A stretch of DNA of 64,000 nt from Gaiellales bacterium (GCA_012719395.1 JAAYAL010000035.1:6084-70083); one strand, 5' to 3'. Positions 1-9,564 are shown, numbered from the stretch's first letter. The notes: generated by a model not told the origin, from the sequence alone. Translations and numbers: made by a program.

Positions 1-1892
1 GGGGCCAGGTCAAGCAGCGGCTGGCGGGCACGGAGAATCCGCGACTTGACACCGGGACCACTGAGGTGATGGTCACGGAGTTGACGGTGCTGGCCGAGTC
101 GGACGCGTTGCCGTTCGCGGTGTCGGAGAAGGCCATGGTGGCGGGGGCGCCCTCGGCGGAGGCCGAGCAGGTGGCCGAGGACCTGCGGCTGCAGTATCGC
201 TACCTCGACATCCGCCGCCCCTCCATGCTGGACAACCTGGCGCTGCGCCACCGCATCTTCCAGACCGTTCGCCAGTTCTTGGACGAACGAGGCTTTTTGG
301 AGATCGAGACGCCCGTGCTGACCATGAGCACCCCGGAGGGCGCCCGCGACTATCTGGTGCCCAGCCGTGTCCACCCTCAGAACTTTTACGCGCTGCCCCA
401 GTCGCCCCAGCTCTTCAAGCAGTTGCTCATGATCGGCGGCGTGGAGCGCTACTTCCAGCTGGCACGCTGCTTCCGTGACGAGGATCTGCGTCCCAACCGG
501 CAGCCGGAGTTCACGCAGCTGGACCTGGAGGCCTCCTTTATCGACGAGGAGTTCCTCTACGAGCTGGTCGAGGAGCTCACCGTCAAGATGTTCGCCGTGG
601 GGGAGATCGAGCTCGCCCGGCCCTTCCCGCGCATGACCTACGCCGAGGCCATGGACACCACCGGCTCCGATCGCCCGGACCTGCGCTTCGGCCTGCGCTT
701 CGTGGACGTGACCGACGTGTTCGCCCACACCGACTACGCCATCTTCCGCCAGATCCTGCAGCGCGGTGGCTGTATCAAGGGCCTCAATCTCAAGGGCCAG
801 TCCCCGCGCCTGAGCAAGAACGTGCTGCAGAACGAGTACGCCAAGGAGATCGCTCCCTCCTTCGGGGCCAAGGGCATGACCTGGATGCGGGCGGAGAACG
901 GCGGGCTGGAGTCCAACATCGTCCAGTTCTTCAGCGCGGAGGAGTTGGAGGAGCTGCGGCGGCGCTTCGACGCTGCCGACGGCGACGTCCTCATCATGGT
1001 GGCCGACCCCTCCTACGAGGTGGTCACCTCGGCTCTGGGCCAGCTGCGCCTGCATTTGGCCCACCGGCTGGGGCTCATTCCTGCCGGCAGCTTCTGCCCG
1101 GTGTGGATCACCGAGTTCCCGCTCTTCGACCCCACCGACGAGGGCGGTGTGACCTCCAGCCACCATCCCTTCACGGCGCCTGATCGCACCGATTTCGATC
1201 CCACCAACATCGAGGAGCTGTTGGCCCTGCGCTCGCGGGCCTACGACCTGGTGGTCAACGGCGAGGAGCTGGGCGGTGGGAGCATTCGCATCAACAACCG
1301 GGACGTGCAGCGCAAGATCTTCGCGGCGCTGGGGCTCTCGGACGAGGACGTGCGCGAACGCTTCGGCTTCTTCCTGCGCGCTTTCGACTTCGGGGCGCCG
1401 CCGCACGGCGGGCTGGCGCTGGGCATGGATCGCACGGTGGCGATGATCCTGCAGACGTCCTCCATACGCGAGGTGATCGCCTTTCCCAAGAACCGCAGCG
1501 CCGCCTGTCCGCTGACGGGGGCGCCGTCGGCGGTGAAGCGCGAGCAACTGGCGGAGCTGGAACTGCTGAACCTGGGCGGCCAGGACCTGCTGCCGGGGAC
1601 GGCGGAGAAGGAGGACTGGATCGACCGGTTGTCGTGGGTGTCGCGCATCGGGATAGGGGCGGAGGAGCGGTCGGTCATGGAGGAGACGGTGCGGCGGGCA
1701 GAGGCGCTGGCGGCGCTGGCGGCCGAGAAAGCGGGCGGCGAGAAGCCGATGTACAGCGTGGTGCCCGTGGCCAATCGCATGCGTCCCGGAATCGAGGCGC
1801 GGCGGTCGGAGCTTGCCCAAAGCGGTCGTCTGCTGAAAAACGCGCCGTCAACCAAGGGCGACTACTTCAGAGTCGCCGGCATCCTGGAATAA
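1..1892 (+). CDS. aspS: Aspartyl-tRNA synthetase (5'-truncated by window edge) with C-terminal GatC-like domain fusion
   Basis: The reading frame is open to position 1, and the first Met sits at 66. The translation carries class II aaRS AspRS motifs (LRLQYRYLDIRRP, FYALPQSPQLFKQLLMIGG, FQLARCFRDED, GGGSIRI, GLALGMDR). The last ~95 aa (DWIDRLSWVSRIG...LLKNAPSTKGDYFRVAGILE) align to GatC, e.g. the B. subtilis GatC tail KNAPDHKDGYIRVPSILD. Confidence 0.85.
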   Translation, partial: GQVKQRLAGTENPRLDTGTTEVMVTELTVLAESDALPFAVSEKAMVAGAPSAEAEQVAEDLRLQYRYLDIRRPSMLDNLALRHRIFQTVRQFLDERGFLEIETPVLTMSTPEGARDYLVPSRVHPQNFYALPQSPQLFKQLLMIGGVERYFQLARCFRDEDLRPNRQPEFTQLDLEASFIDEEFLYELVEELTVKMFAVGEIELARPFPRMTYAEAMDTTGSDRPDLRFGLRFVDVTDVFAHTDYAIFRQILQRGGCIKGLNLKGQSPRLSKNVLQNEYAKEIAPSFGAKGMTWMRAENGGLESNIVQFFSAEELEELRRRFDAADGDVLIMVADPSYEVVTSALGQLRLHLAHRLGLIPAGSFCPVWITEFPLFDPTDEGGVTSSHHPFTAPDRTDFDPTNIEELLALRSRAYDLVVNGEELGGGSIRINNRDVQRKIFAALGLSDEDVRERFGFFLRAFDFGAPPHGGLALGMDRTVAMILQTSSIREVIAFPKNRSAACPLTGAPSAVKREQLAELELLNLGGQDLLPGTAEKEDWIDRLSWVSRIGIGAEERSVMEETVRRAEALAALAAEKAGGEKPMYSVVPVANRMRPGIEARRSELAQSGRLLKNAPSTKGDYFRVAGILE

Positions 1893-1898
1893 GGGGAC

Positions 1899-3116
1899 GT
1901 GGCCATGGATCCCATCTTCTTCCATCGCAATCCGGATCCCGCCACGGCGGAGGGCCCACGGCAGGGACTGCGGGTGGCCCTCCAGCCCAACCTGGCCGTC
2001 GCGGGCTGGCCCATGGAAGCCGGCTCCCGGGCCTTGGCAGGTTACGCGGCGCCGGAGGACGCCACCATCGTGCGGCGGCTGCGAGCGTCCGGCGCCCATC
2101 TCTCCGGCTCCACTCATATGAGCGAGTTCGGCTTGGGTCTGGCCGGCAATGGGACGGGGGCGGCGCTGCGGGCCGGCGAGGCCGACGTGGAGCTGGTGCT
2201 GGACCTCATGGGGGAGAGCCGGCTGGCCGCGGCCGGTGCCGCCGTCTGCGGCTTCAAGCCCAGCTACGGACTGGTATCGCGGTTCGGCCTGGTGGGGCTC
2301 ATTCCCTCCATGGAGTGCTGCGGCATCATGTCTGAGAGCCTGGGCGGCATCCGTGCCGTGCTGCAGGTCGTGGCCGGTCAGGACGGCCTTGATTTCTCGC
2401 TTCCCGAGGAGCCGGTGCCGGACTTCGCGCCCGAGACCGTCGATCCGGCGCGGATCACGGTCGGCGTGGTGGGGGAGGCGCAGCACGACCTCGGCGTTAC
2501 GCAGGAGGAGGCATTTCGTTCGGCGATCGACGGCATGGCCGGGGCGGGATTCGCCGTCCGGCAGGTGTCGCTGCCGGAGTGGCCTCTCTTTGCCTTGGTG
2601 CATAGGATCGTGGGCTCGGTGGAGGCTTCGTCCGCGGCCGGCCGTTACGATTCCGTTCGCTACGGCCGACGAGCATCGGGCGCCAAGAACTGGAACGAGA
2701 TGTATCTGCTGTCGCGTGGCGCGGCGTTTGGGACGCTGCTCAAGAGCTACCTCATCCAGGGTGCCTACTTCCAGTTCGAGCGCTACGGTGCGTTTGAGGA
2801 CGCGTGTCGCATCCGCGCGCGGCTCGTGGGGGAGATGCGGCGGCTGATGGCGGAGGTGGACGTCCTGGCACTGCCGGCGGTGGTTTCGGGGCCGAGAGGG
2901 GGCGAGGCTGCCGATGACGCTTCGGATGCGCCGGACGGCGTGTACGCTCAGTTCGCCTTGACGCTGTTCGCCAATGTGACCGGCCAGCCGGCCCTGTGTC
3001 TCCCGTCGACCATGGCGTCGCACACGGGGCTCCAGCTGGTAGGTCCGCGCCTCAGTGACGGGCGGCTCCTGGCGCTTGCCGAGTACCTGCAAAAGACGGG
3101 CCGGGGAGGCAACTGA
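1899..3116 (+). CDS. gatA: GatA-like amidase-signature protein (shortened, catalytic triad degenerate)
   Basis: It lies between aspS-gatC and gatB with 3-6 nt gaps. Amidase-signature motifs are present (CGFKPSYGLVSRFGLVG, EASSAAGRYDSVRYG) and the C-terminal tail resembles GatA. At 405 aa it is shorter than the ~485 aa typical of GatA. Gln replaces the catalytic Lys (VALQPNL), and GNGTG replaces the GGSSGG cis-Ser region. Confidence 0.7.
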   Translation: MAMDPIFFHRNPDPATAEGPRQGLRVALQPNLAVAGWPMEAGSRALAGYAAPEDATIVRRLRASGAHLSGSTHMSEFGLGLAGNGTGAALRAGEADVELVLDLMGESRLAAAGAAVCGFKPSYGLVSRFGLVGLIPSMECCGIMSESLGGIRAVLQVVAGQDGLDFSLPEEPVPDFAPETVDPARITVGVVGEAQHDLGVTQEEAFRSAIDGMAGAGFAVRQVSLPEWPLFALVHRIVGSVEASSAAGRYDSVRYGRRASGAKNWNEMYLLSRGAAFGTLLKSYLIQGAYFQFERYGAFEDACRIRARLVGEMRRLMAEVDVLALPAVVSGPRGGEAADDASDAPDGVYAQFALTLFANVTGQPALCLPSTMASHTGLQLVGPRLSDGRLLALAEYLQKTGRGGN

Positions 3117-3118
3117 CC

Positions 3119-4549
3119 ATGGAATTCGAAGCGGTCATCGGCCTGGAGATCCACGTGGAGCTGAACTGCACCACCAAGCTGTTCTGCGACTGCCCCAATC
3201 GCCCCGGGGATGATCCCAATGCCAATACCTGTCCCACCTGCCTTTGGCTGCCGGGCGCCATGCCGCGGCTCAGCGAGCAGGCGCTGGAGAAGGCGTCGCT
3301 GCTCTGTCTGGCCCTGGGCGCCGAGCTGCAGCCTCGCAGCGCCTTCGACCAGAAGGTGTACTACTACCCGGACCTGCCCAAGGGCTACCAGCTTTCTCAG
3401 GCCCATCTGCCGCTGGCGCGCGGCGGAGGCGTCGACATCATCGATGAGGACGGCTCCCCTTGCCGGCTGCGCATCCACCACGTCCACATGGAAGAGGACG
3501 TAGCCAAGCTGGTGCACGAGATGGAGGGCCGGGTGCCCATCAGCCTGGTGGACTTCAATCGCGCGGGGGCACCGTTGGTGGAGATCGTCACGGAGCCGGA
3601 TTTCCGCGCGCCGCACCAGGCCATGGAGTTCCTCAAGGCGCTGCGCACCCAGGTTCGCTACGTGGGCGCTTCCGAGTGCAGCATGGAGAACGGCACCATG
3701 CGCTGCGACGCCAACATCTCCGTCCGTCCCCGCGGCACCACACAGATGAACACCAAGGTGGAAGTCAAGAACATGAACTCGGTGCGGCACGTGGGCGACG
3801 CCATCGCCTACGAGATCGAGCGGCAGGGCGCGTCCGTGCAGGCGGGTGAGGCGGTGGTGCTGCACACGCGGCTGTGGGACCCGGACAAGAAGGCCACTTT
3901 GCCCATGCGTGCCAAGTTCGAGGGACCCACCGTGCCCGATCCGTCCGTGTCCGCCATTGAGCTGTCGCGGGAATGGATCGAGCGGATGCGGGCGCAGCTG
4001 CCGGAGATGCCGGCGGCGCGGGCCGAGCGGTTGGTGGAGCAGCATGGGCTGACGCGAGACGAAGCGCTCTCGTTGAGCGCCGACCCGGAGTCGGCCGACT
4101 TCCTCGAGGCCCTGGTGGCCGAGGGCGTGGCGCCGCGCATGGCCATGCACTGGCTGACCACGCAGCTGCTGCCCGCAGTGAGGGAGCGGCGGCAGGGACT
4201 GGGGACCTCACCTGTGTCTCCCGTGCGGCTGGCCGGGCTGTTGCACATGCTGGCCAAGGAGGAGGTCAACGCCAAGGCGGCGCGCGATGTGCTGGCGCAG
4301 ATGTTTGAGAGCGACCGGAGGCCGGAGGCGATCGTGCAGGCCTGCGGCTTCTCCCAGATCTCAGACCGTGGAGCCCTTGACGACCTGATCGATCAGGTGA
4401 TCCGCGGGCAGGAATCAGCCGTGGCCAACTACCGCGCCGGGCAGGAGAAGGCGCTGGGCTTCCTGGTGGGTCAAGTGATGCAGGCCTCGCGGGGGAAGGC
4501 CAACCCCAAGGTGATCAGGGAGCTGTTGGTGGAGAGACTGGGCGCGTAG
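3119..4549 (+). CDS. gatB: Asp-tRNA(Asn)/Glu-tRNA(Gln) amidotransferase subunit B
   Basis: The translation has the GatB N-terminus MEFEAVIGLEIHVEL and the Cys cluster CDCPNRPGDDPNANTCPTCLWLPG. It has a YqeY-like C-terminal tail and is 476 aa. Confidence 0.9.
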   Translation: MEFEAVIGLEIHVELNCTTKLFCDCPNRPGDDPNANTCPTCLWLPGAMPRLSEQALEKASLLCLALGAELQPRSAFDQKVYYYPDLPKGYQLSQAHLPLARGGGVDIIDEDGSPCRLRIHHVHMEEDVAKLVHEMEGRVPISLVDFNRAGAPLVEIVTEPDFRAPHQAMEFLKALRTQVRYVGASECSMENGTMRCDANISVRPRGTTQMNTKVEVKNMNSVRHVGDAIAYEIERQGASVQAGEAVVLHTRLWDPDKKATLPMRAKFEGPTVPDPSVSAIELSREWIERMRAQLPEMPAARAERLVEQHGLTRDEALSLSADPESADFLEALVAEGVAPRMAMHWLTTQLLPAVRERRQGLGTSPVSPVRLAGLLHMLAKEEVNAKAARDVLAQMFESDRRPEAIVQACGFSQISDRGALDDLIDQVIRGQESAVANYRAGQEKALGFLVGQVMQASRGKANPKVIRELLVERLGA

Positions 4550-4591
4550 TCGCGCCACAGGCCGATCGTCGCGCGAGGCCAAGCTCTCCCC

Positions 4592-4610
4592 GCGCCCCAC
4601 AACGGGGCGC
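4592..4610. terminator. GC-rich hairpin between convergent gatB and carD-like genes
   Basis: It forms a 7-bp stem gcgcccc/ggggcgc with loop acaac, followed by a second copy of the aacggggcgc half. It lies in the 70-nt gap between two convergent stops. No U-tract follows it. Confidence 0.35.
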
Positions 4611-4620
4611 AACGGGGCGC

Positions 4621-5160
4621 TCAGCCGCCGGGATGCTCCGACTCATCCATCTGCTGCACCAGCTGGTCCACTCTGGAAGAGATGTAGCTCTGTACTTCCT
4701 CGCGAGGGATATCGAGCGCTACGGCCAGCTCCCCGAAAAGGAGGCCCTCCGCCCGCCTCATGTACCTCTCCTCCACAGCGCCCAGTTTGCGCTTCTGTTG
4801 CTCCGCAAGCCTCTTCTTCCTGTAGATGGACATGGTCAACTCGATCAGGTCGCGGCAATCATGGCTTGCCGTGCACTCCTCGTATCGAGCCGCCCATTGC
4901 TGAGGCGTGAGATCGCAGCAATCCGTGGGCTGAAGAGAGGGAATGATCTCGATGAGACGCTCGGCCTCCTCCCTGGAGAGAGCGGGCCGCGTGAATACGG
5001 TGGTGTTACTAACTGGAATGGATATAGAGCAGTTGTGATAGAAGGGTTTGAGCAAATAGCAAAGTTCTTGACTGTCACCGGAGGATCCGTCAGGATCAAT
5101 GCTCTCTACGGTGCAGACCCCCATCTTGCCGTAAACGATGACGTCCCCGACCTGGTACAT
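4621..5160 (-). CDS. CarD/CdnL family transcriptional regulator (RNAP-interacting domain)
   Basis: The N-terminus MYQVGDVIVYGKMGVCTVESI fits the CarD_CdnL_TRCF pattern (VGD.VVY...G.VE.I). The gene is locally lower in GC than its neighbours. Confidence 0.6.
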   Translation of the reverse strand: MYQVGDVIVYGKMGVCTVESIDPDGSSGDSQELCYLLKPFYHNCSISIPVSNTTVFTRPALSREEAERLIEIIPSLQPTDCCDLTPQQWAARYEECTASHDCRDLIELTMSIYRKKRLAEQQKRKLGAVEERYMRRAEGLLFGELAVALDIPREEVQSYISSRVDQLVQQMDESEHPGG

Positions 5161-5496
5161 GTCACGTAACCTTCAGATCTATTATCGGTGGTGGTCTACG
5201 CGTTTTGCTTGGTAGGACGGTAGTGAAGGGAGCCCGAGCCAAGGACGTGAAAACGGAGCGATACAAGACCACGTACGCTTCACAAATTGACGTCGCGGAT
5301 TTGGCCGGTGCTCAGAAAAGTAGTGACCGCGTAGCGATGATAGCACATGAGTTCCCGCAAAGCTCGGCCGAAGGATCTTCGCGGACCGGAAACGTCGAAT
5401 GGAGGTCTGCTCTGGTGCTCCACAGGAGGCAGCCCGGCCCGGGGGTAGCAGTGCCGCTGAGTGGTTTGGCCTAGACCTCGTTTCCTGATAAGGTGA

Positions 5497-5505
5497 TGGT
5501 ATAAG
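5497..5505 (+). promoter_or_regulatory. Extended -10 element (TGgTATAAG) upstream of aldolase gene
   Basis: The motif TGGTATAAG sits ~50 nt upstream of ATG 5558. The gene has a perfect SD, AAAGGAGGA at 5542-5550. Confidence 0.35.
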
Positions 5506-5557
5506 AGTCTGTCCCCCGGACTCCCCCACTTCTCCGTTCCCAAAGGAGGATAGCCGC

Positions 5558-6853
5558 ATGAGCACCGCTGCCCTGCCGGTCTCCGAAAAGTTCGAACAGG
5601 CCCTGAAGATCGGCCGTCCGCCGAGTGTGGCCAAGCTCTTCCCCAACTCCCGGGCGCTCATCGTCAGCGGCAAGGTTGTGGACCGGGCTATGATCGCCAA
5701 GGGCAAGGCCATGGCCATTGCTGCCAACGCCCGCAACCGCTTCGTCATCTACGGTGCCCTGCGCGCCGCGCAGAAGGCGGATGCGGCGCTCATCATCGAG
5801 ATCGCCAAGTCAGAAGGCGGCACCGGCGCCTACTGCGCCGTCAACTACTGGAACATGGCGGCACTGGTGGACGCGGCGGCCAACGAGTTGGGCATCACCG
5901 TGCCCGTGGCCCTCCACGCGGACCACTACACCATCAAGAACCCGGCGGACGTGGACAGAGCGAAGGTGGAGATCCCCACCATGTTTGAGGCGGGGCTCAC
6001 TTCTATCGCCATCGATGCTTCCCACATGCCGGATGAGGAGAACCTCTTTGCCTGCGAGACCCTGAAGACCTTCGTCCCGGATTGGGCCGGTCTTGAGGTG
6101 GAAGTGGGGGAGATCAAGGGGAAGGAAGGTCTCTCCACCCCTGATGAAGCCCTCTTCCTCATCCAGGGTCTGAACGCCCGGGGCATCTCGCCCGACTGGA
6201 TCGCCCTGAACAACGGCACCACCCACGGCATCGAGGAGAGCGACGCCGGCATCCAAGTGGATCTCACCGCCCAGATCCACAAGGTACTCGAACCCTACCG
6301 GGTGTCCGGTGCACAGCACGGCACATCGGGCAACAGTTTCGAGCGTCTGGGTCGGATTGTGCGGGAGACCCGCACCACCAAGGCGAACGTGGCCACCGCG
6401 CTGCAGATGCTGTCCTGGGGCGTCAAGGTCAATGATTACGGCAACGCCTTCGTGGACGAAGCCGGTGAGTTCGTGCGCCTGCCCGGCGCGGGCGTGAGCG
6501 ACGAGCTGTGGACCGACATGGTGGCCTACGCCACGGACAAGAAGTGGAAGAAGGGCGACTACAAGAAGCTCAACCTCCCCTTTGAGAACAAGCTGTGGGC
6601 CGAGCCGGCCGCGGTGCGGGCGCGCATGATCTCGGCGGTGGAGGACTTTGTCTATCACCTGCTGACCGATGTGTTCAATGCCTCCGGTACCGGCAGTCTG
6701 GGCATCGACGCCATCTTGGCCGCGGGTTCCCATGATCTGGGCGCCAAGGCAGGTCGCATCGAGGATCCGGCGGAGTGGGGCAGGGACAAGGCCATCGCCA
6801 GAGCCAAGGCCCTGCACAGAGAGGATGCCACCAAGGGGAGCTTCGACGACTGA
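5558..6853 (+). CDS. Class II (metal-dependent) fructose/ketose-bisphosphate aldolase family protein
   Basis: The motifs VALHADHY, SIAIDASH, LEVEVGEIKG, ALNNGTTHG and GAQHGTSG align to class II FBA zinc/substrate-binding motifs. At 431 aa it is long for this family. Confidence 0.7.
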   Translation: MSTAALPVSEKFEQALKIGRPPSVAKLFPNSRALIVSGKVVDRAMIAKGKAMAIAANARNRFVIYGALRAAQKADAALIIEIAKSEGGTGAYCAVNYWNMAALVDAAANELGITVPVALHADHYTIKNPADVDRAKVEIPTMFEAGLTSIAIDASHMPDEENLFACETLKTFVPDWAGLEVEVGEIKGKEGLSTPDEALFLIQGLNARGISPDWIALNNGTTHGIEESDAGIQVDLTAQIHKVLEPYRVSGAQHGTSGNSFERLGRIVRETRTTKANVATALQMLSWGVKVNDYGNAFVDEAGEFVRLPGAGVSDELWTDMVAYATDKKWKKGDYKKLNLPFENKLWAEPAAVRARMISAVEDFVYHLLTDVFNASGTGSLGIDAILAAGSHDLGAKAGRIEDPAEWGRDKAIARAKALHREDATKGSFDD

Positions 6854-7016
6854 AGGCGGTTGCGGCCGGGATCAGGCCGGGGGGGATTGAGCCGGATGTG
6901 GGGGGGCGCCGCCTCCGGGGGAGGCGGCGCCCCCTTGTCTCACGCTCAACCCCGTGTGGGAGCACGTGGCGCGTCTTGTCCTGGAACGTGAGAGAGTTCC
7001 CGCCGCGCCGTACGTC

Positions 7017-7652
7017 TCATTGCTGAGGGGCAGGCTGCGGCGCGGCGAGCAGGTACCCTCCAACCCCTGTGAGCCACACCAGTACCGGGTACGCTATCCA
7101 ACGCTCAAGGCCGCCTAGACCCAAGGCGGTCATGAACCACTTGTCTTGCAGCACCATATATCCCAGCAGGTTGACGAGAGCGATGGCGCCGAACGCCACG
7201 GATATGTAGCGCAACGGACCGGCCAGTGAACGGAAGGAGAGGAGGGCTGCCACGGCTCCCCCAATGAACGTGATCTGGGCGGAGATGGCGTGCATGGTGC
7301 CTGTGTGGCCGGGGAAGATGCCCACACCCAGAGCGCCGATGCCGAAGAAAGCCAGGGGGATGCTGAGCGAGGGGCGATGAAAGCCCACGTACGCACACAG
7401 TGCCCCTACGATGATGAGGAGGCCGGTGATCACCATGGCGGTGTCGAAGATAGCGGCGGACGGCTGCAGCACAACGCTGTTGGGAGGCTCAGTGCCGCCC
7501 AGGTCGCTGATCATGTTGGCTCCGGTGCTGTAGCCGGCGGGATACAATGCCTCAGCGGTGATGATGCCCATCAGGGCCACGGCGCCGGCAAGGAAGAGTA
7601 GTGCGCCGGCGGTGCGTGTCAACCCGGAGGCCGCCGATCTGATGCGGGCCAT
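7017..7652 (-). CDS. DUF998 family integral membrane protein
   Basis: It is a multi-TM hydrophobic protein with an EALYPAGYS...ISDLG motif typical of DUF998. Confidence 0.55.
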   Translation of the reverse strand: MARIRSAASGLTRTAGALLFLAGAVALMGIITAEALYPAGYSTGANMISDLGGTEPPNSVVLQPSAAIFDTAMVITGLLIIVGALCAYVGFHRPSLSIPLAFFGIGALGVGIFPGHTGTMHAISAQITFIGGAVAALLSFRSLAGPLRYISVAFGAIALVNLLGYMVLQDKWFMTALGLGGLERWIAYPVLVWLTGVGGYLLAAPQPAPQQ

Positions 7653-7759
7653 TCTTGTACCTCCCCCTTGGTGGCTTCAGTGTAGCAGCGTGGGTGGAAG
7701 CGCGGGACACCCGGTGAACGACGACGTGCCTGTTGTGTTCATGAGCTAAGGTAGACGTC

Positions 7760-8095
7760 ATGACCAATGGCGGAAGACAACGCGGCAGCTGTGCTGCCTG
7801 CTCGCTGCAGGGGGCGGGCGAGTCGTCGCGCCCCAACGAGGAGGGTTACGTGCAGCTCGAGCTGAGCCCGACTGTCACCGGCCCGCGGCGGCGGACGGAA
7901 GATCCCTTGGAGCCCGGCACTGAGGTCAGGATCAAGGGTGAGCAGGGCACGTTCACGTATCGCTACGCCACCGTGAGCCGGGCCGGCCTGGTGAGCCTGC
8001 ACCTGATGGGGACCCATGGGTTCCGAGCGGTTCGGCCTGAGCAGGTGGTGGCCGTGAGGAAACGCCGCCGTGGTGGGGATGGGGGTGCCCGGTGA
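7760..8095 (+). CDS. Hypothetical protein
   Basis: This ORF has an ATG start, and its stop overlaps the next gene's GTG start (GTGA), which suggests coupling. No motif was recognised. Confidence 0.35.
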   Translation: MTNGGRQRGSCAACSLQGAGESSRPNEEGYVQLELSPTVTGPRRRTEDPLEPGTEVRIKGEQGTFTYRYATVSRAGLVSLHLMGTHGFRAVRPEQVVAVRKRRRGGDGGAR

Positions 8096-8595
8096 GAAGG
8101 CTGCGGGTGGCAATCCCCCTGCTTCTGCTGTGCCTCTTCATGGCCCTTCTCTGCGGCTGCGCGGCAGATCTCAGTCCGGTTGCCACCGCCACCGCTCCGG
8201 CGGCAACGGATGCCGGCTCGGTCCAAGTGGACGCTGAGAACGAGGCCGCCTCAGTCGGCGTCGGTGATGACATCCTGGCGCGGGCCTTCGCCGAGCAGGC
8301 CGAGGACCTGTCGGTGGAGGGGACGGGCACGGTCACGAAGATCCTGGCCGACGACAACGAGGGGGACAGGCACCAGCGGTTCATCATTGCCCTCTCCTCG
8401 GGTCAGACCCTTCTCGTCTCGCACAACATCGACGTGGCTCCGCGGATCAAGGATCTGCAGGTGGGTGACACCGTCTCCTTCAGGGGCGAGTATGTCTGGA
8501 ACCAGCAGGGCGGTCTCATCCACTGGACGCATCATGACCCCGCTGGTGACCATTTCGCGGGATGGCTCGAGCACCGGGGGCAGAGGTACCAGTGA
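8092..8595 (+). CDS. DUF3465 family lipoprotein
   Basis: It has a signal peptide with the lipobox LLCGCAA. The DUF3465 signature GDRHQRFII...GQTLLVSHNIDVAPRI...GEYVWNQQGGLIHWTHHDP is present. Confidence 0.7.
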   Translation: MRRLRVAIPLLLLCLFMALLCGCAADLSPVATATAPAATDAGSVQVDAENEAASVGVGDDILARAFAEQAEDLSVEGTGTVTKILADDNEGDRHQRFIIALSSGQTLLVSHNIDVAPRIKDLQVGDTVSFRGEYVWNQQGGLIHWTHHDPAGDHFAGWLEHRGQRYQ

Positions 8596-8614
8596 GCCGG
8601 ACGGCCGGTCCGGC
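8596..8614 (+). terminator. Hairpin immediately after DUF3465 stop
   Basis: It forms a perfect 7-bp stem gccggac/gtccggc with loop ggccg, directly after the stop. No U-tract follows it. Confidence 0.35.
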
Positions 8615-8681
8615 CTTGCCCGCGCTCCTGTAGCATGCGCGAAGTATTCCATCGGTTGTCGGGAGGGCGAGGAGGACTGCC

Positions 8682-9056
8682 ATGAAGATCAAGAAACGGA
8701 GCGACGTGCCGTCATGGGAAACACCGGGATACCCTGCGGTGGGCAAGCAGGTCGTGCTCGGTCCGGAAGACGGCTCGCAGGAAATAGTGCTGCGCTACTT
8801 CACCGTGGCTACCGGTGGATCAACGCCCTACCACAGCCACGACTTCCCTCATCTGGTGAAGATCGAAAGGGGGCGGGGAGTTGCCGTGGACGCAGAGATG
8901 GAGGAGGAAGCGCTTTCCGCCGGCGACTACGTCTACGTTCCGTCAGGCGAGGTGCATTGCTTCAAGAACACCGGCACCGACGCTCTGGAGTTCATTTGTA
9001 TCGTGCCCCTCAGGGGGGAGCAGGCCGGCTCCGTGGCTTCCGGCGTCACCCCCTAG
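8682..9056 (+). CDS. Cupin domain protein
   Basis: It carries the cupin motifs G..TPYHSHDFPH and GDYVYVPSGEVHCFKNTG. The SD is GGGAGGGCGAGGAGG before the ATG. Confidence 0.7.
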   Translation: MKIKKRSDVPSWETPGYPAVGKQVVLGPEDGSQEIVLRYFTVATGGSTPYHSHDFPHLVKIERGRGVAVDAEMEEEALSAGDYVYVPSGEVHCFKNTGTDALEFICIVPLRGEQAGSVASGVTP

Positions 9057-9117
9057 CCGGCGTGGGTGTTTGGCCGCATGGTGCGGGGCAGAGGTGGGCG
9101 CCGGGACCCCAGGTCGG

Positions 9118-9419
9118 CTACACCATCCCCAAGCGCCGGAGCTCGAACCACACTCTCCAGGTGATGAGGTAGTGGCGTTGCGGTAACCGCGGCCCAGAGT
9201 CGGTTGCCACCTTCACCCAGTAGACAAAGGACCCGTGATTGACCACAGGGCGGACGATCTCCACGTGGTGGCCCCCTTGCGTGAGCGCATCCACCCAGGG
9301 GGCCGCCTCCCGGCTCTGCCCCAGGTAGGACATGTCACCCTGCTGGGCGAGGGCGTCGTTCAGGGGTTGGACGCGGGCGGATTCGTCTTCAAAGAATTCC
9401 AGTGGCAGGCCGCAGGACA
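9118..9419 (-). CDS. Hypothetical small protein (approximately 100 aa)
   Basis: The minus-strand ATG at 9419 is preceded by AAAGGAGGG. Only this 3' part of the longer track ORF 9118..10062 is credible, because the rest is antisense to the CoA-transferase. Confidence 0.45.
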
Positions 9420-9564
9420 TGGTTACCCTCCTTTGCGCACTCCGATACGGTACCAGGCCGGGGTCACCGGCGTCTTGCCGAGCGGGTGGTGCGACAAGGT
9501 GGGCGCAGGAGTCGTGGGCGCTCCATGCTACCTTTGAGGAGCCCGTATTCAGCAACCACGCCGA

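Noticed and set aside
1848-3092. Long antisense ORFs overlapping gatA/gatB. Similar ORFs include 2948..4150-, 5810..6817-, 14048..15493-, 17467..19152+, 19531..20898-, 26636..27652-, 34119..35507-, 46886..48475- and 55761..56810-.
   Set aside because: These are Arg/Pro/Gly-rich translations with no family similarity, lying opposite well-supported genes. They are typical shadow ORFs of high-GC DNA.
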